In this document: piece after piece, positions 18,020 to 27,360 of the stretch
How positions within the stretch are numbered: position 1 is the stretch's first letter
Layout: each line of letters begins with the position of its first letter
IMG/VR virus record: IMGVR_UViG_3300021431_000106
Span: 1-64,000 of that record
Reading direction: 5' to 3' (one strand)
Length of the DNA stretch: 64,000 bases
Source of the DNA: a virus
Lineage: Duplodnaviria; Caudoviricetes
Translations under genes and position numbers: made by a program
The notes under the pieces: model-generated
Database searches by the model: none
What the model saw: only the letters and a program-made list of their open reading frames with translations
What the model was told of the DNA's origin: nothing

Positions 18020-18316
18020 ATGATATTCTATCACGGTACATCAGAAGAAAATTGGGAGGCTATTCAGAAAGAAGGTATTCTCTACGGTAGAAGATTTGTA
18101 ATTGATAATGATGGTAATGTTGTCAAAGAAGTAGATAGATGTACTTATCTTGCTACTGATATTGAAGAGGCTAAATGTTATGGTAATGTTGTTTTACAAG
18201 TAGAATATGACCCATTCTTATCAAGACATAATAACTATAAAGAAAACTGTTGGCAAGTAAGAGTATATGAACCTATTTCTATTTCTAAGATTAAAGTAGT
18301 AAAGAAAGGAGAATAA
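18020..18316 (+). CDS. putative ADP-ribosyltransferase-fold protein
   Basis: FYHGTS...IQKEGI, TYLATD, VLQVEY pattern of the H-Y-x ART fold. Confidence 0.5.
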   Translation: MIFYHGTSEENWEAIQKEGILYGRRFVIDNDGNVVKEVDRCTYLATDIEEAKCYGNVVLQVEYDPFLSRHNNYKENCWQVRVYEPISISKIKVVKKGE

Positions 18317-18317
18317 A

Positions 18318-18722
18318 ATGCAACATTACACAACAACAGAACAGAGTAAGAAATTGGCAGAATTAGGTCTTAGTCCTAAAACTGCTGATATGTATTATTT
18401 TTGTGACCCAACACCTGCTGGTAATATAATGCATCCAACTTTTATCATTGTAGAGGAACATCTTTGTAGTAGACTTCCTGAATATGATAAAGGAGACATT
18501 CCTTGTTGGTCTCTTGGTACGTTACTAGAGTTAATGCCAAAAATTCAAGAAGATGATAAATGTTGTGGTTTCTATCCAATTATACGTAAAGGTTGGGTTG
18601 ATAATCAATGGTATTGTCTATATACAGTGCATATAACAAGAGGGTATGATAATTCAACAGATGCTGCATTTGAAATGATTGTGTGGCTTCTTAAAAATAA
18701 TTACATAAAGAAAGGAGAATAA
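18318..18722 (+). CDS. hypothetical protein (ends KGE)
   Basis: ORF track; PCWSLGTLLELMP motif. Confidence 0.8.
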   Translation: MQHYTTTEQSKKLAELGLSPKTADMYYFCDPTPAGNIMHPTFIIVEEHLCSRLPEYDKGDIPCWSLGTLLELMPKIQEDDKCCGFYPIIRKGWVDNQWYCLYTVHITRGYDNSTDAAFEMIVWLLKNNYIKKGE

Positions 18723-18725
18723 AAA

Positions 18726-18992
18726 ATGGACTACAAACAAAAATACGAGCAGGCTCTTGAGAACATCAAGAAAATCAAGGCTGCAAACAAAGACAACAAG
18801 GAGTTGGTGGATTTTATTGAATATCAGTATCCCGAACTCAAAGAGAGCGAAGACGAAAAAATGATTAAATTCATTAAAGGGCAGTTATTTATCATTAAAA
18901 AAACACTCACTGAAAGCTATGAACTTGATGCAAAAATTACAAATGCTATTGATTGGCTCAATTCACTCAAACAAAGAATGAAAGGAGAATAA
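18726..18992 (+). CDS. hypothetical protein (ends KGE)
   Basis: ORF track; YPELKESEDE motif. Confidence 0.8.
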   Translation: MDYKQKYEQALENIKKIKAANKDNKELVDFIEYQYPELKESEDEKMIKFIKGQLFIIKKTLTESYELDAKITNAIDWLNSLKQRMKGE

Positions 18993-18994
18993 TC

Positions 18995-19192
18995 ATGGAC
19001 ATTAAGAAAACGTTGGATGAAAAATTTTCCAAAATACCTGATGATGTGCTCATAGAGTCAATTAAAAACATGGAGCCCTTGTATAACGAAGCGCAAAAGC
19101 GTATATACAAGAGTACGAAAGATACAATAATTATAGTAACCTTTAATGGATATAAATCAGAAATCAAAAGAAGAGGATTGAATTATGAATAA
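18995..19192 (+). CDS. hypothetical protein
   Basis: ATG at 18995 within ORF 18953..19192. Confidence 0.65.
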   Translation: MDIKKTLDEKFSKIPDDVLIESIKNMEPLYNEAQKRIYKSTKDTIIIVTFNGYKSEIKRRGLNYE

Positions 19193-19640
19193 AATGATTT
19201 TCGCCGCGTTTGCTGCACTTTTGACGGTCGGATGCGGCAATCCCACAGAGAACCGGAAAGAAACGATTACAGATACGTTTCCGCAAGAAACAAGGGCAAA
19301 AGACCGCATCGACTCCATTTTCGCAATGGCCGACGCTTTCGCAATGCAAGAGTCGCGAATGATAGAAGATGCCGTTTCTCCCTGCGGAAAGTACGTCGGG
19401 TGCCTGCAAATCTCCGAAATAATGGTGCGCGAGGCAAACAGAGTTCTTGGAGAGGAACTCTACTCCTACATCGACCGATACGATGCCGGATGCTCATACG
19501 GAATGTTCAAGGCGGTTATGGAACACCACAATCCGACTCTGAATATCGACAAAGCGGTGGACATCTGGAATTGGAAAGCACCAAAATCGTATAGAGAAAA
19601 TGTAAAAAATTACTATACCACAATATTGGAAACGTGGTAG
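19185..19640 (+). CDS. lipoprotein with lysozyme/lytic transglycosylase-like domain
   Basis: Lipobox-like LTVGC; QES...AVS...VGCLQI resembles SLT catalytic Glu and GLMQI motifs. Confidence 0.55.
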   Translation: MNKMIFAAFAALLTVGCGNPTENRKETITDTFPQETRAKDRIDSIFAMADAFAMQESRMIEDAVSPCGKYVGCLQISEIMVREANRVLGEELYSYIDRYDAGCSYGMFKAVMEHHNPTLNIDKAVDIWNWKAPKSYRENVKNYYTTILETW

Positions 19641-19664
19641 TTAATTGAAAAGTGCGAAAATAAA

Positions 19665-19696
19665 TTTGCGTATATCAAATTTAGTTCGTATCTTTG
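19665..19696 (+). promoter_or_regulatory. Bacteroidota-type promoter
   Basis: TTTG 19665-19668, 20 nt, TATCTTTG 19689-19696. Confidence 0.75.
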
Positions 19697-19726
19697 CAAT
19701 CGAAAACAATTAAAACAAAAAGGACT

Positions 19727-20047
19727 ATGGGTTACGAAAATTATGATGATTGGAAACTTTCCAATCCTTACGATGAATGCGAGGACGAGTTCGTCCCCAT
19801 CGAGGTAGAAGTTTTAATCTTCGACCTCGGACAGCACGTCATCGACGAGTTCAAGAACGAAACGTCACGCATCTCCTTTGAGGACGATGATACGACCCTC
19901 ACAACGACAATTACGGTCGATGCACTTCTCACCTGTGACGACTTCGAGAAAGAGTGTTACGTCAGGGACGAGGACATCAAGGACGCGGTCGCCGAGTATC
20001 TCGGCAACGACTGCGAGTACGAAATCATAGATTGGAGGAGGGTGTAG
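19727..20047 (+). CDS. hypothetical acidic protein
   Basis: ATG at 19727 (MGYENYDDWKL) within ORF 19694..20047. Confidence 0.75.
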   Translation: MGYENYDDWKLSNPYDECEDEFVPIEVEVLIFDLGQHVIDEFKNETSRISFEDDDTTLTTTITVDALLTCDDFEKECYVRDEDIKDAVAEYLGNDCEYEIIDWRRV

Positions 20048-20048
20048 T

Positions 20049-20309
20049 ATGGCAAAACTCACATCAAAAGAGATTAGCAATTTAGTATTTGCACTTGTTG
20101 GCGACATTGGACCAATAATAGATGGGGCAAACGGAACGATTACATTGAAAAATGTTGAAACGTTGATTGAAATTGCGAAGGACTTACATCTTAAAATTGA
20201 CGAGATTGCTACTAAATACTCTCAATCAAGATATTACAGTGAAAGGAAAGTTGGTGAAAGATGTGAGCAATATCTTGATTGGCTAGGGATAGAAAAAAAC
20301 TCAAAATGA
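20049..20309 (+). CDS. hypothetical protein
   Basis: ORF track. Confidence 0.7.
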   Translation: MAKLTSKEISNLVFALVGDIGPIIDGANGTITLKNVETLIEIAKDLHLKIDEIATKYSQSRYYSERKVGERCEQYLDWLGIEKNSK

Positions 20310-20317
20310 AGGTATAT

Positions 20318-20522
20318 TCAGTGGTGTGGCGGAATTAGACGCTTAGCCCGTTGGTAAATAAGGTGATGCAATGCACCTGGGTGAAACTAACAGTAGACAG
20401 GGTTACTGCTTGCGGGATGATAACCAACTGCCCGAATTACCCAAGAGTTGAAACAAGGCACTCTTATAGACAAAAGAATGTACGCAGAAGCAGATGTAAG
20501 TACCCAATCTTACCACCACTGA
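20318..20522 (+). ncRNA. ~200-nt structured RNA with tRNA-like 5' and 3' ends
   Basis: tcagtggtg 20318-20326/caccactga 20514-20522; D-loop-like TGGCGGAATTAGACGC; T-arm-like gtaag-tacccaat-cttac; internal hairpins. Confidence 0.6.
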
Positions 20523-20555
20523 TTTTTAAACACAAACAATATTAAATCTATCGAA

Positions 20556-22484
20556 ATGAAAAACATAAAGATTAAGGAGATGACCCTCTCCAATTTCAAG
20601 GGTCAGAATGCACACCACGTATTCGGAGATATTAACCGATGTTCGGGCAGAAACGGGAGCGGAAAGTCAACAATCATCGCCGCTTGGAATTGGCTCATCT
20701 GTGGACAGACAAAAGCAGAGGTTTCCGCGAATGACAATCTTTTTGACAATCGTCAGCCTATTACACCAGACACGCCGACAGCAAGCGTTGAGGCTGTTGT
20801 GGATATAGACGGCACGGAGTATATCTTGAAACGTGCTGCCACCGCTGCCTTCACTCGAAAGCGCGGGACTTCGGAAATGGTCAAGAGCGCATCAGATACA
20901 TATAAATACTTCATAGACAGCCTCGAATACAACGCAACAGAATACAAGGACTGGCTCTCGGCAAACATCTGCCAAGACGATATGCTGAAATATGTCTTGT
21001 CCGGTGAATATTTCATCGCCCTTGTTAGAGACGATAAGAAAAAAGGCCGCACCATCATCGAAAAGACAGTCGGCTCTGTCGAGCGTTCCGAGATGAAAGG
21101 AAACTATTCCGACATCGACGAACTCCTGCAAAAGTTTTCGCCGGAGCAAATAGAGGAGCAGAGCAAAAACTTATCCAAGAGCATCGACGCACGTCTCAAC
21201 GAGATACCCACCGTCATTTCTCAAAAAGAAGCCGAAATCAGCGAAATCAAGCAGACGGACTTCACCGCCGTACAGAATGAAATCGACACTCTCGAAGGTG
21301 AACAGAAGTCCATTGAAGAAAAGATTTTCGACTATTCCGCACGCATGAAGCCGCTACTCGAGGCAAAGGCAAAAGCGGAAAGCGACAAGCGGATGAAGCA
21401 GGAAGTCTACGACAAGGCGAAGAAGACCTATATGCAGGGTCTCATCGACCAAGACAACAACCTCTGTGCCGAGATTTCCCGCATCGAAAAAGAGAATGAC
21501 GATAAGAAGTCACGCATCGCCGAGTTGCATAAGATGAACGATATTGACAATAAGGTCAAAGAGCACTATGAGCAAAAAGTCGGTGAACTACGTAAAAAAG
21601 CAGAAGAAATCAGGACAATGGATTATGACGGTGACGACGTATGTCCGATTTGCGGACAACCTCTTCCAGATTCCCAAAAAGCAGAAGCAATTATTCAGTT
21701 TGAGGAAAGCCGTAAACTAAAATTTGACACTGTAATCGCAGAAGGAAAAGAAATTGCAGGATACATCGAAAATATTATCAATACTATCAATAAACGTAAC
21801 GAGGAGATAAAGTATATCGTCATCGAGGACGTCAAACCGCTCAAGCAGAAACTCAACGACCTCCGCACAAGCGACATCGCCCCCTTCGAACTCACCGAGC
21901 AAGGCAAGGCTCTCCAAGCGGACATCGACGCAGTTGTCATTCCCGAAGTCAAGATGCCGGAAAACGGAGAACTCAAGCAGCAAGCAGCCGACATCAAGGA
22001 GAAACTCAAAGGTCTTTATATGAAGAATGGTCTGCAAGCCCGCCTCTCATCGCTCGAAACAGACATCGACGAACTACGCTCCGAGCAGCGTGAAAAAGGC
22101 GCGGAACTCGCAATGTACGAACGTCGCAGACAACTAGTCAAGGACTTCAAGCAGGAGCAGATGGAAATCCTCTCCCACAAGGTCAACGACAGTCTCGATT
22201 GCAGTAGTATTGATTGCTGGTCGCAACAGAAAGACGGTCAACTCGTTCCGGACATCGTGCTGAAAAACTCCGAGGGCGTGAACTTCGCAACCGCGAATCA
22301 GGCAAGCCGTATTCTCACGACCTGTGATATACAGCGTTTCTTCTGCAAAAAACTCGGCGTGCAGATGCCCGTGTTCATCGACGAGTCTTCCACGATACAA
22401 GAATCGAACCTGCCGTTGTATGATAACACGCAGACTTTCTATCTTTTCTGCTCAAATGAACCGCTGAAAATCGAAACGAGATAA
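20556..22484 (+). CDS. SbcC/Rad50-like AAA ATPase (recombination)
   Basis: GRNGSGKST Walker A, long coiled coil with CPICGQ zinc hook, VFIDESS Walker B. Confidence 0.85.
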   Translation: MKNIKIKEMTLSNFKGQNAHHVFGDINRCSGRNGSGKSTIIAAWNWLICGQTKAEVSANDNLFDNRQPITPDTPTASVEAVVDIDGTEYILKRAATAAFTRKRGTSEMVKSASDTYKYFIDSLEYNATEYKDWLSANICQDDMLKYVLSGEYFIALVRDDKKKGRTIIEKTVGSVERSEMKGNYSDIDELLQKFSPEQIEEQSKNLSKSIDARLNEIPTVISQKEAEISEIKQTDFTAVQNEIDTLEGEQKSIEEKIFDYSARMKPLLEAKAKAESDKRMKQEVYDKAKKTYMQGLIDQDNNLCAEISRIEKENDDKKSRIAELHKMNDIDNKVKEHYEQKVGELRKKAEEIRTMDYDGDDVCPICGQPLPDSQKAEAIIQFEESRKLKFDTVIAEGKEIAGYIENIINTINKRNEEIKYIVIEDVKPLKQKLNDLRTSDIAPFELTEQGKALQADIDAVVIPEVKMPENGELKQQAADIKEKLKGLYMKNGLQARLSSLETDIDELRSEQREKGAELAMYERRRQLVKDFKQEQMEILSHKVNDSLDCSSIDCWSQQKDGQLVPDIVLKNSEGVNFATANQASRILTTCDIQRFFCKKLGVQMPVFIDESSTIQESNLPLYDNTQTFYLFCSNEPLKIETR

Positions 22485-22493
22485 CAAACATCA

Positions 22494-22545
22494 GCCCCGT
22501 CGCCACCCACCATTAGTCCTACTTTCTGCATAGGCGGCGGGGCTT
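22494..22545 (+). terminator. GC-rich stem-loop after the ATPase (terminator or processing site)
   Basis: agccccgtcgcc ... ggcggcggggct followed by ttatt. Confidence 0.5.
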
Positions 22546-22576
22546 TATTAAAGTTCAACCATTAAAATTACAAAAA

Positions 22577-22942
22577 ATGTATTACAGATTAAAATCAGAT
22601 GCAGTCCCCTTTTTTAAAAACGACCTGAAAACAGCAGTCCTTGATTGGGACACTTGGACTGAAACCTACAATGTTGACCCCGAAGCAATCGAGGAAGTGA
22701 AGCCTTGCTATATCACCTACGGACACGCATCAATAAGAGATGGTGTGCGTAGCAGTTTCCTTTGTGGATGGGCTCACGGCGAAGGCTCTCATTTTCATTT
22801 TACATTGAACTTTCCGAGTATGAAGATGCGGGAGCACGACGAGTTCACAAAAGGGAATACGATGAGAGGATTGATGGATGCCATTCAAAACACTGTCAAT
22901 AACTTCTATCTAAAATTTGCAGAGGAAAATAATAATCAATAA
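22577..22942 (+). CDS. hypothetical protein
   Basis: ORF track. Confidence 0.75.
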   Translation: MYYRLKSDAVPFFKNDLKTAVLDWDTWTETYNVDPEAIEEVKPCYITYGHASIRDGVRSSFLCGWAHGEGSHFHFTLNFPSMKMREHDEFTKGNTMRGLMDAIQNTVNNFYLKFAEENNNQ

Positions 22943-22947
22943 AAACA

Positions 22948-23328
22948 ATGAAAACACTTAAATTTCTCAACGCAGGTTTGCTTGTTCTTGCGAGTTTGCT
23001 TCTTGTAACCACAATCTTTGCTTTTGTAAACGGCAATATTATTGCCTGCATCTGCAACATTGTGTGGATGGGGTGCGAAATTCTTTACTTCTTTGTAAAT
23101 AAGAAAAGTATTGAGATAAAACAATCATCCAACAATGTATACGGATTCCTCTCAGTCATGAACGATACCATTGAAGAGTACGGCTCGGCTATTATAACGG
23201 AGGGCAAGGATGGCGAATGGAGAATTTACAAAGGAATTGCTGTTGAGTGCAACGAACCATCCTGCTCCGCAGAGAATAACGACCAGATAGAATTCGGCAA
23301 CAACTCAAATGTGGGGGACAAAAAATGA
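22948..23328 (+). CDS. hypothetical membrane protein
   Basis: Two hydrophobic N-terminal segments. Confidence 0.7.
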   Translation: MKTLKFLNAGLLVLASLLLVTTIFAFVNGNIIACICNIVWMGCEILYFFVNKKSIEIKQSSNNVYGFLSVMNDTIEEYGSAIITEGKDGEWRIYKGIAVECNEPSCSAENNDQIEFGNNSNVGDKK

Positions 23329-23513
23329 AAATCACAATCTGCCGCAATTGCGAAGACAGTATTGTAAGAGTACAACCGTTGGGATTTAATTACACCAAAG
23401 ATAACGCCCCATCATATATGTTAGCGTGCAAGTATAAAAAGGACAGATTTGGTTTTGATATGGAATGTCGCTATGTAAGACGTTGTCCAAAAAAAATAGG
23501 AGGTGAGAGATGA
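23325..23513 (+). CDS. hypothetical Cys-containing protein
   Basis: ORF track; CRNC...C...C...C. Confidence 0.6.
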   Translation: MKITICRNCEDSIVRVQPLGFNYTKDNAPSYMLACKYKKDRFGFDMECRYVRRCPKKIGGER

Positions 23514-23893
23514 AAAAGACACAATTCGACAAACTCGAAAAGCAACTGTTTGACAGAGGTTACAAAAAGTATAATCAGCATTGGCACCATGAAGATTACG
23601 TTATAGGAAAGTCATTCCACAGAGGTGACAACCGATGGAATGAGGATAGGGCAGGGTATCAATTACTTCTAAGTATCTATGACTACACTCTACATCCGGA
23701 GTATTACGACCGAATACCAAAAGAGGTGCATGACCACGTTGGTGTTGAAATACACACAGATGTATCGCGAATTATCGATGAACGTATGGAGTTCACCACG
23801 AATTGGGAAGATAACACCTCCATCGAAGAAGTCGAACGCCTTGCAGAGAGTTTCTACCATTGGGTGTGCTCGCAACATCCGGAACCAAAATAA
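23510..23893 (+). CDS. hypothetical protein
   Basis: ORF track. Confidence 0.75.
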   Translation: MKKTQFDKLEKQLFDRGYKKYNQHWHHEDYVIGKSFHRGDNRWNEDRAGYQLLLSIYDYTLHPEYYDRIPKEVHDHVGVEIHTDVSRIIDERMEFTTNWEDNTSIEEVERLAESFYHWVCSQHPEPK

Positions 23894-23901
23894 TAATAAT
23901 T

Positions 23902-24585
23902 ATGCAGTACAATACAATAGAACTTGGTGATTGTCTTGAATATATGCGTAATATCGAAAAGAACGGCGTCGATTGCATTTGTACAGACATACCCTACAAT
24001 GAAGTCAACAGGAAAAGTAACGGTTTACAATGCCACGGTTACACAATACGTTTCGACCACGGAAACGCTGACGGTGCACAAATAGACCTTAATGCTGTAC
24101 TTGATGAAATGTGGCGTGTGTGTAGGGGAAGTTTTTACATTTTTTGCGGACTTGGACAAATCTCCCAAATCAACAGTTTCTTTCGAGACAAGAAAACAGG
24201 GACACGGTTGATTGTTTGGGAAAAGACAAACCCGCTCCCTATCAATGGCGAACATATATGGCTCAGCGGCATAGAGACTTGTGTGTTCGCAAAAAAATCG
24301 GGTGCAACCTACAATTACAGATGCAGAAACACAGTGCTACGCTATCCTATTGCCAAGAACGAAGGGCATCCGACAACCAAGCCAGTCAATTTGATGCGCG
24401 AATTAATAAGAGCAAGCACCAATGAGAATGACATCGTACTTGACACTTTTCTAGGCTCGGGTACGACTGCGGTCGCGGCAATCCAAGAAAAAAGACGTTT
24501 TCTCGGATGCGAGATAGAAAAAAAATATTTCGACATCGCAAAAGCAAGAATAGACAAAGAATTGTCCCAATCATTATTGTTTTAA
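23902..24585 (+). CDS. DNA methyltransferase (N4-C/N6-A, beta class)
   Basis: GDCLEYM, TDIPY, WEKTNP, HPTTKP, VLDTFLGSGTT; ATG at 23902. Confidence 0.85.
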   Translation: MQYNTIELGDCLEYMRNIEKNGVDCICTDIPYNEVNRKSNGLQCHGYTIRFDHGNADGAQIDLNAVLDEMWRVCRGSFYIFCGLGQISQINSFFRDKKTGTRLIVWEKTNPLPINGEHIWLSGIETCVFAKKSGATYNYRCRNTVLRYPIAKNEGHPTTKPVNLMRELIRASTNENDIVLDTFLGSGTTAVAAIQEKRRFLGCEIEKKYFDIAKARIDKELSQSLLF

Positions 24586-24626
24586 GAATTGTTTTGTATT
24601 TTTGTAATCGTTTAAAAAAAAAGAAA

Positions 24627-24827
24627 ATGGCTAACAGATTCAATCATAAATATTTGCATTGTTCAGCAGACAAATGTGAACTTCGAGACGACTGCGTACA
24701 TTTCCTTGCTTGGAAAGAAGCGGTCGAACAAGGACTCAAAAACATAGAAGTTCAGGACAGGTGCCAAGACCTCACAAAAGACTATGTTCGAGTTAGGATT
24801 GAAAAACCGAAAACAAAGGAGGACTGA
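24627..24827 (+). CDS. hypothetical protein
   Basis: ATG at 24627 (MANRFNHKYLHCSADKCELRDDCVHF) within ORF 24507..24827. Confidence 0.65.
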   Translation: MANRFNHKYLHCSADKCELRDDCVHFLAWKEAVEQGLKNIEVQDRCQDLTKDYVRVRIEKPKTKED

Positions 24828-25258
24828 TGGAAATTAGCACTAAATCACCCAAAAGAAAGAGGAAATACTCCCAAGAGGAATCACAACTGCACTCTGATTG
24901 CAGGAAGTTCTTTGAGGATTTCTATCTGCGATATTTCAAAGTGCCTTTTTATTGGCAAGGGAAAGATGCTTCCGCTGTCGTAAGGATACTTGGACAAATC
25001 CGTTTCCTTATGCAGGAATGCGACCGCAACGACAACAAGCAATTGTCAGTCAATTTTCAGGCATTCGTCACAAAGGCATACCTGACGGCGGACACATTCA
25101 CAAAAGAACATTTCAATCTGCCTTTACTCAGTTCCAAATTCAACGACATTTATCTAAGAATAAAAAATGGAAGACAACAACACCAAAACGCCCGCGACGA
25201 CGAGCAGTCTTTCTTTGACGAACTCGAACGCCGTTACGGTAATGGCTCGGCTCAATGA
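24827..25258 (+). CDS. hypothetical protein, replication-associated context
   Basis: ORF track; LLSSKFNDIYLRIKNGRQ resembles C-termini of phage replication proteins. Confidence 0.7.
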   Translation: MEISTKSPKRKRKYSQEESQLHSDCRKFFEDFYLRYFKVPFYWQGKDASAVVRILGQIRFLMQECDRNDNKQLSVNFQAFVTKAYLTADTFTKEHFNLPLLSSKFNDIYLRIKNGRQQHQNARDDEQSFFDELERRYGNGSAQ

Positions 25259-25787
25259 TAAGTTTGCCACCGTCAGAACACCGTCAGATTGCGTCGCCCT
25301 GCAAGCGGAGAACCCGGACACCGTTAAATGTCTACTCCGTATCAAGAGAGAGAGCAACGATGATGGGGCAAACTTGAAAAAAACACTCGCAATGTTGCTT
25401 TTTGCGACAGACAGATTCTTGCATCTCAAGGAAGGTATGTCCAACGAGGAAATATTCTTTACTGCCGAAAACATTATTTCCGAATACGGAGGTATGATAA
25501 CCTTTGCTGACATAAAGGTTATTTTCACAGACGCTCGTTTGGGGAAATACGGGAAGATGTACGAGCGTCTCAGTTGCGCAACTGTGATGGACTGGTTCAA
25601 CCAATACATAGACAACAGACTAAATGCTGCTGAGCAATACAGCATACGGCAGGCTCGCAGGACTTTTGGCACACCGCAAGAAAGGATAAAACCGAAAAGA
25701 CCACAACCCTCAGACGATGACATCATTTACAAAGAGTACAAGGCGCACGTTATCGCTGACATAATCAAAAAGGAAAACAATGATTGA
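25167..25787 (+). CDS. hypothetical protein, possible helicase-loader-like
   Basis: ITFADIKVIFTDARLGKYGKMYERLS...MDWFNQY is typical of Bacteroidales phage genes downstream of replication proteins. Confidence 0.65.
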   Translation: MEDNNTKTPATTSSLSLTNSNAVTVMARLNDKFATVRTPSDCVALQAENPDTVKCLLRIKRESNDDGANLKKTLAMLLFATDRFLHLKEGMSNEEIFFTAENIISEYGGMITFADIKVIFTDARLGKYGKMYERLSCATVMDWFNQYIDNRLNAAEQYSIRQARRTFGTPQERIKPKRPQPSDDDIIYKEYKAHVIADIIKKENND

Positions 25788-26859
25788 ACTGAATAAAGTA
25801 TACAACGAGCCGTGTATCGAAACGCTCAAAAGGATGGATGACGATAGCATCGACTGTGTCGTCACGTCGCCTCCTTACTTTAATTTGCGTCTTTATACAG
25901 ATAGCGATAAGGAAATTGGCAGAGAGCAGACCCCGACCGAGTATATTGACAACCTCGTTGAGGTGTTTGCCGAAGTATACCGCGTGTTGAAACCGACAGG
26001 GACAGTATGGGTAAACATCGGCGACACTTACAATGGCAATAAAACAGGAAACACAAACGAGAAGTGGAAGAACGTAAACACAGATGACTTCAAGAAAGAG
26101 AAATGGAACGGGTGCAAGAACAAAGACCTTATCGGCATTCCGTGGCTTTTAGCCTTTGCACTCCGTGACAGGTGCGGTTTCTATCTCCGTCAGGACATTA
26201 TCTGGGAAAAAGCGAACGCGATGCCAGAACCTGTAATCGACCGTTGCGTGAAATCTCACGAATATATTTTCCTCTTTTCAAAGAACGAGAAATATTACTT
26301 CGACTACAAAGCGATACAGGAACCTGCGAAGACTTTCGAGAACAGACCGTTCGGTATAGTCAGGCAACGAGAGTTTGACTATGATACAAAACAGTCGCGC
26401 GAGCCTGAAAAATACGGCATTTCTACAGGTATCAGATTCGGCGGAAAGAAATATGGCGATAACGACGACCCGCAGTTTGCGACAAAGTCGGGGAAAGAAT
26501 GGAAACCGCAGACACAAAAGTGGTCACAGGAGACAGGACAACGTGACAATCCCGGCGGAGGTTATGGTGTCGATAGGATTGTCCGCAACAAACGAGACGT
26601 ATGGTCTGTGAACACGCAGCCGAGCAACATTGAGCATTGTGCGATGTACCCCGAGAAACTGATAATGCCGTGCATCCTCGCAGGGTGTCCCGAGGGTGGT
26701 GTTGTGTACGATTGTTTTTTAGGCTCAGGAACGACCGCACTTGCAGTCATCCATTCACTCGGGAACAGGAAGTTCATAGGTTCGGAGTTATCGCCTGAAT
26801 ATGCCGAAATAGCATGCAAAAGAATCGAACCAGAGTTAAACCAACTAAAACTATTTTGA
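25780..26859 (+). CDS. DNA methyltransferase (N4-C/N6-A, beta class)
   Basis: VVTSPPYF, WVNIGDTY, QDIIWEK, HEYIFLFSK, HCAMYP, VYDCFLGSGTT. Confidence 0.9.
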   Translation: MIELNKVYNEPCIETLKRMDDDSIDCVVTSPPYFNLRLYTDSDKEIGREQTPTEYIDNLVEVFAEVYRVLKPTGTVWVNIGDTYNGNKTGNTNEKWKNVNTDDFKKEKWNGCKNKDLIGIPWLLAFALRDRCGFYLRQDIIWEKANAMPEPVIDRCVKSHEYIFLFSKNEKYYFDYKAIQEPAKTFENRPFGIVRQREFDYDTKQSREPEKYGISTGIRFGGKKYGDNDDPQFATKSGKEWKPQTQKWSQETGQRDNPGGGYGVDRIVRNKRDVWSVNTQPSNIEHCAMYPEKLIMPCILAGCPEGGVVYDCFLGSGTTALAVIHSLGNRKFIGSELSPEYAEIACKRIEPELNQLKLF

Positions 26860-26860
26860 T

Positions 26861-27109
26861 ATGCGTTTGCAGAAGTTAATCCACAACCAAATTGATATGG
26901 CAGAATTGGAGGAAGACACTATTATCGTCCACGGAGTAAATGAGATTGAACTTGGCGGAGAATATACTATCTGCGGACGAGCTATACCTGATTCCGATTT
27001 AGCAATAGAAGGATGGGAGAGAGTAGGACCAAGTTTCATAGGAAGCATAAAAAAGTGCGAATGCAAAAACTGCATTAAAACAATTCGGTACTTTAAAAGT
27101 TTGAGATGA
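26861..27109 (+). CDS. hypothetical protein, possible Zn-binding
   Basis: TICG...CECKNC. Confidence 0.65.
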   Translation: MRLQKLIHNQIDMAELEEDTIIVHGVNEIELGGEYTICGRAIPDSDLAIEGWERVGPSFIGSIKKCECKNCIKTIRYFKSLR

Positions 27110-27360
27110 TGAAGAAAAACAACACAACACGTCTTTACGGCTTCACAAAAGACTGGCACTTCCCGTACTTCTGTTTCGGAAAGAAGTGCTTCTTGTTCAA
27201 GATTAGGTTCAGTAAGAAGGATAGGAAATTCCACAAGTATTTTGGGAAAATGACGAGCGATGAGGTACTGCACACTATGGTGCACAACCACAATCCTATA
27301 ACGTTCATCGGCATTATGAAAGTGCCGCAGTCAAAAATGTTCAATTTATTAGACAAATGA
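27106..27360 (+). CDS. hypothetical protein
   Basis: ORF track; ATGA-coupled. Confidence 0.55.
   Translation: MMKKNNTTRLYGFTKDWHFPYFCFGKKCFLFKIRFSKKDRKFHKYFGKMTSDEVLHTMVHNHNPITFIGIMKVPQSKMFNLLDK

Larger units (their letters stand above)
18004..18992 (+). repeat. four exact copies of GAAAGGAGAATAA at consecutive gene ends
   Basis: Copies at 18004-18016, 18304-18316, 18710-18722 and 18980-18992; near-copy at 2818-2830. Confidence 0.85.

Noticed and set aside
20318-20522. tmRNA or group I intron-containing tRNA-Leu
   Set aside because: No G3-U70 acceptor pair, tag reading frame or recognisable P7 core, and it is shorter than typical examples.
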